Assembly (NCBI RefSeq): GCF_964355755.1
Contig: NC_092670.1
Span: 23,298,795 to 23,362,794, forward strand
Length of the DNA: 64,000 nucleotides
From: Antedon mediterranea
Lineage: Eukaryota; Animalia; Echinodermata
Direction: 5' to 3'
Shown here: piece by piece, positions 53,493-64,000 of the stretch
Position numbering within the stretch: position 1 is the first letter of the stretch
Layout: each line of letters starts with the position of its first letter
Program-made: the position numbers and the translations under genes
The notes under the pieces: generated by a model
The model's input: the letters and a program-made list of their open reading frames with translations, nothing else
What the model was told of the DNA's origin: nothing
Database searches by the model: none

Positions 53493-53661
53493 AGCTTGGT
53501 TCCCACTAGAACGTAACGCAACGCAACGCAAGCGTTTTAACCAATGACAAGCGAAGTTATAGACAGTTAGCAATCACAAGCGAATAAGCCATCGCTTGTG
53601 ATTGGTCAATTCATTTACGTTGCGTTACGTCCTTGCGTTGCGTCGCTAGTGGGAACCACGC
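53493..53661. mobile_element. Palindromic Harbinger-like MITE inserted into a pogo/Tc1-like MITE
   Basis: agcttggttcccactag...ctagtgggaaccacgct with TTA flanks. It interrupts aacctctatt|aggggacact...ttctactgta. Confidence 0.72.
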
Positions 53662-56600
53662 TTTAGGGGACACTATTGGGATCCGAAAGTGTACCCTTAA
53701 TGGTTGTTCTACTGTATACTGTATATGATAATTGCTTATCGTTAAGCTCAACTTCTAGTGTGAGGATATCTAAACTTATGTAAGTGTTTCCTCGTGCTAA
53801 ACACAAAGGCGACCGTATGAGAATGCACTTGTTGGCGGCTTAGTCATTGTAAACAATAGCAAGATCCGAGACCCTGAAATCACGATTGGTCATTATTACA
53901 GGTTCGCTATATCTTCATTGTCCAATAGTCATTGGTGACTTTATCGCGCAATAATGATTGACATAATAAGTGGCACGCGCGACATTGCTAAAAACAACAA
54001 TATATCAACATAATAGATGAGAAATAAATGAGAAATATACGATGACCTTATTCGATATTATATTATACTTTCTAATGTATTATACGCACGTGCACGTTTG
54101 AGAAACCCCGCCGAGGATGCTTTATTCTTGCGTGAGCGCATGATTTGACAAAGACAACACAATGCATGTATTAACTAATATTAGCTAGACCTACACTTTC
54201 TTTAAGAGTCGTGGTCAATGAAATTTTTGCCAATATACCTATAAATCCACCTGCTATTACGCTCTCGTCTACCAGAATCAGCCATTAAAAGCCAATGTTA
54301 TTTTATAGTTAATACCGAATCTATCTATCGAATTAAGCGTTGACGAAACGGTGCAAAGCCTGATATTGTCATTGGTGCTTATCATTAAAATCGTCCAAAC
54401 TAAAAATAATAATATGCAATTATCAAAATGAATAATTTGGTCTACAAATTCATACGCATTTGGATAAATGTAATATCGTTCTTGGCGGTTCCTCCTCTTT
54501 TCTTTAACTGGTATGAACACCCTTTCTGAATGTCATGGTTTTCGGATCCCTCGTGAGGATAATTGGACATTTTGTTTCAAGTGATCTGTATCTTAGTACT
54601 TTATTAATGTCATTGAGGGCGAAATATTTCACCAATAAACTTCTCTGACGAAAAAACTCTTCGCAGTAGGATCTCATTGTCAAACTTATCGATCTAATTT
54701 TTTAAATAAAAAAATAAATCAAAACATTATCCGCTATATAATTGATCCATGTTGAAGATAATTAAACTCGTTAATAATCATATTCAATAATTAAGATACC
54801 AGCTAAAGTTCAACGCACTGATCAGGCATCCAGTTCTATATATACAACCTCAAAATTAACGTTCTATTTTAATATAAATAGGCTAAATAATCCTTTTTAA
54901 ACATAAATATTCATGATTTTACTTCAAAATGTAAATTGATTAAATACTCCATATGTTTGAAGGCAATTTTATATTTATATATACCCTCCACTTCATACCA
55001 ATTAGATCATCATGTGATGAATATTGAATACAAACAATTTTATTTCTATGAATTTTTAATAATTACTGGCAAGTAATATGAAATATCAAGCTATTGATGT
55101 TTGTAACGTAGCGTGGTGTAGAAGTTCAAGTAACGAAGTATCCATGGTTAATGCTGAAAGATATACAAAGGATGATAAAAAAAAATTAAAATCTTGGTTG
55201 CTTCAGTAGTCTACTTCAGATTTGTGAAAGTATAGTAATAGACGTTTTCTATAATATAGAAATATCTATTGATATATAATTATATCATTCAGCTCTACCA
55301 ATTGGTACGGTATCTAACATGAGACAATCTACGCAACCCAAGCACGTCCTGCGAAAATTTACCAAAACGGCTTACGTCTTAGTGGAAACGCAAGCGAGTT
55401 GACCAATCACAAGCGGCAGTTGAATAATCCATCGCGTGTGATTGGTCAAATCACTTACGTTACGTTACGTCCTGCGTTGCGTCTCTAAAAGCGTGATTTC
55501 CACAGAGACGCAACAAAACGACGTAACGCAACGTAAGGGATTTGACCAATCAGAAATTATTGATTTTTTGTCATTGGTCAACTTGCTTAGTTCCCATTTG
55601 AACGCAACGCAATGACGTACACGCAAAGCAGGTAATTCAACCAATCAGAAGCGAAGAATTTTCTCACTGTTGCTTGTGATTGGTCAAATTACTCTATAGT
55701 GAGAAAAAAGTTTAATCACAAGCGATGGAATATCATCCTGTCGTTTGTCATTGGTCAAATCGTTTGCATTGCGTTTACGTCATTGCATTGCGTCACATAA
55801 TGGGAACCAAAAGGTACAAACCTAGAACAACAAGGTGCAAATTGGCGCCCTTTACCATAGAATGGTGCAAAACTGAGGCAATTTAATTTAATGTGGGAAC
55901 GAAGTTTCATTAAATTAAGTTTGATGTTGAGATCTCTTTCTTTTAGAAAATGTAATGTCACAATCTGCACAACATAAGTTTACTTTCTTATGATGTTGAG
56001 ATCTCTTTGATGTTTCTTATTTAGGAAAGTTTTAGAAAATGTAATGTCACAATCTGCTGTCTGTTTGGCAATAGTGTATACATAAAAACGTGAAATTGTT
56101 AGGCCTATTGTGTAACTTAAGTTTAATTTCTTATCATCTATTTGTCATTTTGAATAATGATTATACTTTTGTATTCCTAAAAAAAAAATATTTTTATTTG
56201 TTTTTTATGCGTTTCTCCCACAATCATGGGGGTAATTCTATGGATAAATTGAAAATAATACAACTTAATTGAATAAATAATGAATTGTCCAAAACATATG
56301 GAGGAGGTTGCCAATTCATTTATATCGTTAATGTCTATTAAAATGAAACACCATATTGCAATTAATTCACAGTGTATTATGCAGCAACAAACACACACAG
56401 TATGGTGGTATGCAAATTATTATTAATCAAAATATACCTGTGATTTTTATTGAATTTTTAGTCTTTATAAAGCATATGGTTTTGGACGAAAATAATATTA
56501 GTCCTATTTACAAACAACGCTTGTACACTGGAGATTATTGGCAATTACAATGGCTGAATTGAGACGGGGTAGAATACAATATTCAGTTAATTAAAGAGTG

Positions 56601-56671
56601 TAATTGTAAAAATCCAATCTTTGAGTGAATGGTCATTGTTGTGAGGAGTATACTTAAATGATCACTCTTAA

Positions 56672-57180
56672 ACTCTGTCTACACTAAAACTAGTTTGACA
56701 AGGGAAGAGTGAAATTACAATTCTTCTGTTTCGCTCTTCCCTAATTTGACAAAAAAGTGTGATGTGCCCAAATTCGGTATGTCCAAATATGGTAGTGATA
56801 TGACATATCACATAAAGTTTGATAGTGTAGACAAGGTTTTAAAAGATTGAAAGTAACTCTGGTTAACGATTTTCAAACGTTACATCATTTTAGACGTTAG
56901 ATTATTATTACATTGGAAATGTAACCACGTTTACAGTGTGAAACCTTACCTTTTTTAGAATGAAAACAAACTGGTAACAGTATCATTCGTTTACAATAAA
57001 GCTCTGTCTACACTATCAAACTCTATGTGACAACAAATGTGATGTGCCCATATATGGAGATGATGATGTTATATCACTACCATATTTGGGCACATCGCTT
57101 TTTTTTGTCAAACCAGAGGGAAGAGTGAAAAGGAAGAATTGTGATTTCACTCTTCCCTTGTCAAACTAGTTTTATAGTGA
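56672..57180. mobile_element. Pair of oppositely oriented H1 MITE copies
   Basis: Copies at ~56672-56836 and ~57000-57180; each carries the same 42-bp hairpin insert. Confidence 0.78.
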
Positions 57181-57609
57181 ATGGTTGCTTTTCACTTGTT
57201 TCACATTTTGTTTGTTACGAGGAATTGAAAAAGTAAAATAGGACTACAACAAAAGACATTCTTATTATCTTGTCCTTTGTTAATGGACCAGCTGCATTAT
57301 GAATTAATTAATATTAATAACAATTCAATCAACTTGAATGGGTTGGATAAAGTTTTGTATTTGTTCAAAAATACGATGACTTATGATTTAATGACATTCC
57401 TATTGATAGTTAACTAATTTTTTTTATACCGTATTTTTACCATACTTAATTAGGCCCCTACAGTAGAATACCACACATAGGACACTGATATTAAGGAGGA
57501 TACTTTCACGAAAAGTGTAATTTATTAAGGGGACACCCCATGTAACGAACGAGGAGAAATATGTTTTAACATCCGGCCAATACTATCGGAGTATATACAC
57601 TTCTATTAA

Positions 57610-57952
57610 CTATGTATTGTCCCCCTGAAAAATATTTTTTTTAATTGTTTTGGCTAAATATGCCATTTTAATGTCACATAATAGTTATCCACTTTGATCA
57701 AAAATTGGATCTAAAAAAAATATTTACCTGAACAAACTAATTTAAAGCAAAAAATGGTTAAATTGGCTGCCAACCAATTGATTTTTGGTTGAATTTAACA
57801 ATTTATTTTGTTATTTTATAAGTGAAAACATAATTTGTTTTGTTTTTTTTCTACAGAAGTGATTAACTTTATTAAAACTACAAAATAACCTACTAAAAGT
57901 CTGATTTAATTAATCTTCATTTTTCATGTTTTTGAGGGACAATACATCTTTA
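57610..57952. mobile_element. Kolobok-like MITE, family K copy
   Basis: atgtattgtcccc...gagggacaatacatctttaa. Confidence 0.72.
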
Positions 57953-59902
57953 ACAGACACGTCTATTAAGGGGACACGAAAGTGTCGCCTTGGGGTTCCC
58001 ACAAAATGGTTATACTCCCAAATTGATGTCATATCACTACCATATTTAAGCATATCACTACCATATTTGGACACTTTTTGTCAAACTAGTTTGATAGTGT
58101 AGACGGAGCTTAATAGTAATAATATTTATAATTTTGTATTTGTCTTATTTGGGTTCATCCCACTTTTACTTCAATCACACATTTGTTCTAACGTTGTATT
58201 TTTATTATCATGTGTTTTTATATACATGATTTTGTTGTAATCCTTTTTTAATCATTATTTACCATCATTTTCTCTTATAATTTATACATAGGCCTATCAT
58301 CTTTTAATGTATTTTTTTTTCTCTTTTATGTTAACTCATAACATAATTTTCAACATTTCTTATTTTTAAAAACATATTTTGCATTCGTTAACATACATAC
58401 TTATTTGTTTTGTTTTGGTTTTTTTTAAACACATGTTATTATATAATAATATACCTAATAATTTAACACATTTACTAGTATCGTTTTCTTTACATATTTT
58501 CATATACACTTTAAAGTATTTGTAATTGTTTATCAATTGTATGTTTGTTTGAATGTCGACTGTTCTCTTGAAAATAGCTTGAAATAGAAATTCGCACCTC
58601 ATTCACACCTTACACTGGCTTTTCACTGACCTATATTTCTTTGTACTTTGGGTTGTTACGGTTGTACTGTACTGTGTTCTGTCTTATCGACGGCTCTAAA
58701 TATAAAAACCTTGTTTTCTAATTTCTGGCGGCCGGATGGCCATTGTACTTATATTGAAACGTGCTTATTGTATGGAAATTAATTGGTACCATTATCGCCC
58801 ATTGTTGTTATTTGTTATTAATTATATGTTTAAAAGAATATAATTTCAAAGAACCATTGGTAACGCATGTACGTTTTATTTCATCAATAGTAGGCCTACT
58901 GCAGATAGCATACGAAAGGTTAATTAAGAGTGATACTGGCCTACACTAATAAACCACGTTAAGAAAGTGGTTTGGTTATAACAATGATTGAATTGAATAT
59001 CAATGTCTATAGCCATTATGATATAGCCTTCATGTCATATTTTCCTTCCAATGAGAGGGATTTGGTAGGAATAGTCCGGGTTTCCGGGTGCCATGCAATT
59101 CTGGCCCGATTGGTGGGACATTCTTAATTAGGCTGAAATACGAGATAACAACTTTTTCATTTTGTATTGATCATATATACAATAACTGTTCTTCAAAAAG
59201 ATATAACCAATACAATGCGTATAGATAGCTCATATAATATGTAGGGTGTACCCAAGTCGTCTGTCGTCCTAGCAATGGCGTACAAAACTACCAGTAAGTA
59301 CGCCACTGAGAGTCATGTGAATGGCGTAAGAGAAAAAACTGCAAAGAAATTGTGCCCGCATAAAGCCGGCTTTGGGTAGTAATGCCACGTGTTTCGGGCT
59401 ATCCGAAAACCTATAATGTTTTAGTATTCTTTAGTGATGCTTGCATTTACGACTATTTTTAGGCAGTGTTTTCTTTGTAATCAAAAGAAAGGAAAAAATT
59501 AAGAATAAAAATAGGGAACCACCCATAATGTTTATTTAGAGAAAATTTGTTTTTATTATATTATGCCTATATTTGTTTTCGTTTCATAGGCCTATTTATT
59601 CGATTCATATGCTTACAAACCAAAATCATGACAATAAGTTATCTCTGATGTGAGATCCCTTCAATATTGTAACATGTAGATACATATATTGCTGAATAAA
59701 GTGAGAAATCTTCCTTTTAATGTAAAGTAGATGCTGCGAAGCTTATTTATGTCGCTCATCATGGATGTATAGTTGTATACCCAGTTATAATATTGGTAGT
59801 TATTCGTGGAACAAAATAAACGTGAAAAAGAATTGCATAATGTTGTAATTTAGGAGACGGTTGTATTGAAATACCAAATAAAAGCATTACAAGTGTTAGG
59901 AT

Positions 59903-60012
59903 AAACAAGGCCATATGGCTGCAGTCGCGTACGCAAATTTGGGTTAGTGTTTACCGACCGACCAACCGACCGACATAATGAGCTGTAAAGTCGCGTTTGC
60001 ACGCGACTAAAA
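59903..60012 (-). mobile_element. Short HINE-like element
   Basis: aacaaggccatatggctgcagtcgcgt...(gacc)n...cacgcgactaaaaa. Confidence 0.7.
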
Positions 60013-60499
60013 ATAACAAATATAATTGAAAGCACTAAGAAACTGAGTGAAGTAGCCTACGTGTTGATAAAAGCTCATCAGAAAGTGTTATTAAAAGTAT
60101 AGGTCTTGGTTTAAAAATACTTATTATTATTATTATTGTTTATTATAAATGTGAATTTTATTTCTATTTTTCGACAGTAGTCACACATAGAACGAGCATG
60201 TGAAATAAACTCCTATATAAAAGGGGTGCCACCGGACGTTTAGGCATATGTTATGATATACGTAATAGAGATTTGACTTATGACTTACAATCGAGCAACT
60301 ATTATCCGGATAATTAACTATTTGTATAATAATAGTATTTTCCCCCTGATTTTTTTTTCAAGAATATTTTGTGAAAATAAAATAGAAATAATTAAATATT
60401 AAAATATATGTGATGGGAGTGTGTTACTGTATTAATTAATTTCTTTTGAGTTATGCCGCCGCTTTGGATTACCAGCAATATAATATTCTTAAGGGTCAA

Positions 60500-60870
60500 G
60501 AAGTCAACTGTTTTGTTTACCGGTTTATTATATCTCTGTGCGAATCCACCTCCTCGTACTGGTATACCATTACCAGTGCAGGGTACGTCCTTTGACGTAC
60601 GGTGTATTCCTACTATAAGTACACAAGGATTGACAATCTCCAGAGAGCAGTGGCATAACGCAGAGGCCTGATACCCCTGGTTTTTAGGAACCCTAAGTGG
60701 CCCTCCAACGCTGGAGGCCTCGGATGTTTTTAGCCTTCTTCGACATAATGTAAATTTTCCTTTAGGTACTCCTCCTCCACTCTCCATAAGCCCCGGGACC
60801 TCTGGGTTTAGCCAGTAAGCGCTCATGGCCGTTAATCCACTGCCAGAGAGGGGGAAATCCGTTTCACTTT
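60500..60870 (-). mobile_element. GC-richer structured island, probable isolated 5' UTR fragment of an I-group (Nimb-like) LINE
   Basis: Several hairpins. Minus-strand motif order ggcagtgga, ttactggctaaacccagagg, gtacctaaa, ggctaaaaac, ctctctgga matches my recollection of invertebrate I-group 5' UTRs; not verified by search. Confidence 0.45.
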
Positions 60871-61611
60871 AGTCTTTGAGAGTGGAGATGAACACGAAAA
60901 AAAGACAAATATTTTAAAATCAGGCAACATTTGAAATTTTACAGAGATCGGTAATCGAGCATCTAAACAAAAAAAAAATAAAACAATTAACTATGATGAA
61001 TAAAATTATACATTGTGAATGGAACTTGGCAAGCACGTTAATCAGTGACCATCTCCACTACATATACGTTGTCATCTTATTTCGACAACCAGTAATGATC
61101 TTTATAATTCGTTGGCTATGTTTAATGGAATGGGAAATGGAAATGGCATCTTTTAAATTTAGTTGAGTGTTCTACGTCTGAATTAACAGTCACAAATATA
61201 CGGACGAAAACTCTGGTTGTGGTCTTTCTAGATCTTTCTAATTTTGTAATACGGTTTGCGCGGTAAAAAGTTGTAATGGTAGTAATGTAATATAAGCAAT
61301 GTTTGCGTTGTAAATTTTAAGTTGTCTGATAACATACAATATTTCCAATAGACATAATTAATGTTTGTATTACCTATTTAAGTTGTTAAAGTTTACGTTG
61401 TCTTTCTAGCGATTGTCGACCAATAAGCTTAAACGTTTGGGTGGTTTCCAGTAAAGTTTAAGTTGTCTAGCGAATTTCTAGTTATGTCTGGTATTATTAA
61501 TGCACATTAAATACCATCTAAAATATAGCATAATTTAGTTTGCTCCTCAAGTGTTTGTCAAGCATGTTTGATGTATGTCTCTATCATAATCGTTCTTGTC
61601 AAGTTTAAGCA

Positions 61612-61830
61612 ATTTAATTTAATTTAATTTATTACCATCTTTACTGAGGGTAGCCTATCCAGTTCCAATAGAACTGATAATTTAGGGCCCTCGATAAAAC
61701 ATACACACAGTACAACACATAAAATATTAAATATTCAAATGACATAATATTTATATTAAAGGCCTAAAACAATTGAAATCGTGTAAAACGCTACTAAAGT
61801 TTAAACTGTCTGGGAAGCTATATTTCTTGC
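61612..61830 (-). mobile_element. 3' tail of an L2/Crack-like LINE
   Basis: Minus strand gagggccc...cagttct..gaactg..ctaccctcagtaaagatggtaataaa(ttaaa)n: a stem-loop plus a simple-repeat tail. Confidence 0.55.
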
Positions 61831-62979
61831 AAATTCAGAGTTGTATTTGGTATCTTCAACCTAGTATCTCCAACCTAGTATCAGAACACTGAGCTCACCT
61901 GACCAAGATAGTAACAGTCATTTGATCTTTTGTCCAGCAGCGACAAATATCAACAGTAGGTCTACTATATGTAAGTCTTCGCGACGCATGGGCACTGGTG
62001 ATGTTTGTTAAAAACTCCTTGTTAATGGATGAGCTTGGAACTGATAATGTCGCAGCCACAGATAAACCCTTTGATCTTCGGACCTCATCATCCTGTTGTT
62101 AGAATGCTAACTTATGTTTATTATTTTTTTGCGATGTTTGCAGCACTGTTGTTCCCACTTTATTACGCAATAAAGCACTTATAGTGCGTTATAGTGGGAA
62201 CTGCTTTAGATATACATTTCTTTTTTTCCTCGACTTATTATATATAATAAATTAAACTTCGAATGCACAGAGAATATGTAGAAAAATTATGAAACAGATG
62301 ATTAAATACATTACATTAATAATTTATTATTCATAACTTTTACATTTTAATACAAATTGTATTCAAGACTATCTAATGAATATTCATAAGCTATATATTA
62401 CCTAGTGTAATAAGGTAAATCGATAAAATATAAATGAAAATAATACAGTTACTGTATATTCTGTGTATGCCACCACCAATGAATACCAACACTGTCATGT
62501 CGATTGTTGTTTGGTAAAATAATAAAAGCTCACTCACAATTTTGAACAATAATCAATACACTGTGTATTTTATTATGCTTATAAAGGTATCTGTTTTATG
62601 ATAAAATTTATTTAATATTAATTTCATAACTTCTATCTACTGTACATTTATTTTGTAGCTTAGTTAGACTTAAACAGAAATATTTATTTACCATTTATCA
62701 TTAAAATGCTGTTAAAAAAAGAAAGTTAATTTAACTGATATACTATCAATAACAGTGCATTCAGAACAAATCTAATAATGTAAAAATAATATGGATGAAT
62801 ATAGAAAAACATTCTCTATATCAGGGAATGTTTGTAGAGTAGCCAAATGCTGAACAGAAGAACTACCTTTTGTTAAACATTCATAAGATGGTATAGAACA
62901 AAACTATGGTTACTATAAGTTATTGCTAATCAAGCTTTTCAAATAAAAAGTGCATAAATTGACACTATCAATAATAAAT

Positions 62980-63110
62980 CTACACTATCAAACTAGTTTG
63001 ACAAAAAAGTGTGATGTGCCCAAATATGGTAGTGATATGACATCAACATGTCCATATATGGGCACATCACATGTTTTTGTCACATAAAGTTTGATAGTGT
63101 AGACAGAGCT
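62980..63110. mobile_element. H1 MITE copy
   Basis: ctacactatcaaactagtttgac...agtttgatagtgtagacagagct. Confidence 0.82.
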
Positions 63111-63888
63111 TTAGGGACGTTAAGAAACACTTAATAACCAACTAAGCTACATTTTAAAGAATTGTGTTAAGAGAAAAATTTGTCTTTGAAATTGTACATT
63201 TTGTTAGCCTAACATAGCCAAATATTATACAATTAATCATTAATATTAATAAGTATGTTTGTCCGATATTTATGATGTCCTTTTTCGGTAACTCTATTAA
63301 CTTTATTGAGATAATATTTTTAACAATATTATATGACTTGAATGGACAACACTGCTATTGCACACGAGATTTATACGATGGGATGTAACTGGAAATTGAG
63401 GGGGCTATTCACAATTGGTTTGCTTTCCTGTAAAGTGAAAAACAACAATGAATTAAATGGTAAATAATAGAGTACTGTACTGGCAAAATGTTAAAGATAT
63501 ATTGTCTCCCTGAAAAAAAACCTTGCTTTTGTTGTTGAATAAATGCCATTTTAATGTACCATAATTAGTTATTCATCATTAATATAAAGCAAAAAAAATG
63601 GTCAAATTGGCTGAGAGGCAATGTGATTTTAGTTGAATTAATGGTTGTTTTTTTTTTTTTTTCAACAGAAGTTATTCAATATTAAAACTATAAAATGGTT
63701 TATTCAAAGATTTATTTTATTTGAATCTGCAGTGTTCTTGTTTTTTGGGGACAATGTTATTTTGAAGGGTCTTTTTGCAGAAATAATCTTAGGCTAGGTA
63801 TGTGAAAATTAAGAAGGTGCATTATCTGAAAATAAAATGGAAAAATGTATAGGCACCCACTTCCTTCAAGTCAATTGTAAATACCTTT

Positions 63889-64000
63889 TTAATCATCATC
63901 TTCAGGAACGAAAATGTCATTTTCTTCCAAGAAGGCGGCACCTTCTTTACTGATGGTGGCACCGACATACATGAATGGTGCGACTACGATGGCGACTATA
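63889..64000 (-). CDS. SMDT1: Essential MCU regulator EMRE, 3' coding end (partial; the gene starts off the right edge)
   Basis: Minus-strand translation IVAIVVAPFMYVGATISKEGAAFLEENDIFVPEDDD* matches the EMRE transmembrane helix and acidic tail (PFLYVGxxISK..A.LEExDIFVPEDDD). Stop TAA at 63891-63889. Confidence 0.92.
   Translation of the reverse strand, partial: IVAIVVAPFMYVGATISKEGAAFLEENDIFVPEDDD

Noticed and set aside
54440-54575. Short coding-looking segment on minus (MSNYPHEGSENH..)
   Set aside because: About 42 codons, no recognisable domain, and no supporting splice partners.
60392-60826. 144-aa minus-strand ORF
   Set aside because: No recognisable domain; it runs from the structured GC-rich island into AT-rich flank, consistent with a chance open frame.
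62060-62100. Penelope-type minimal hammerhead on minus (gatgatgaggtccgaagatcaaaggg)
   Set aside because: Both conserved core boxes are mismatched (no CTGA, no GAAA after stem II).

Overview
AT-rich, intron-containing eukaryotic DNA, probably a marine invertebrate such as an echinoderm (inference from composition and TAGGCCTA-rich tracts). There is no prokaryotic system, CRISPR array or rRNA. Five host genes can be assembled by hand from splice signals: (1) the first two coding exons of a J-domain (DnaJ/HPD) gene on the minus strand, missed by the ORF track; (2) a complete TVP23/FAM18 gene on plus; (3) a complete 10-exon NUBP1 gene on minus; (4) an intronless, divergent Olig/Beta3-like bHLH gene on plus; (5) the 3' coding end of SMDT1/EMRE on minus at the window edge, also missed by the ORF track. 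The rest is dominated by transposons: a young 5'-truncated L1/Tx1-type LINE, several short LINE relics, and many non-autonomous DNA elements (Harbinger-, Kolobok-, Mutator-, Ginger-, AcademH- and Helentron-like), often nested. The most interesting unexplained structures are: tandem partial copies of the NUBP1 Fe-S exon that form one in-frame and one stop-containing candidate cassette exon; a tandem ETS/kB/Myb motif array between NUBP1 and the bHLH gene; a 48-bp minisatellite amplified from a LINE 3' tail; and an isolated, highly structured LINE-5'UTR-like island. I found no clear new multi-gene system. TE superfamily calls rest only on termini and target-site duplications (TSDs), and TE coordinates are approximate.
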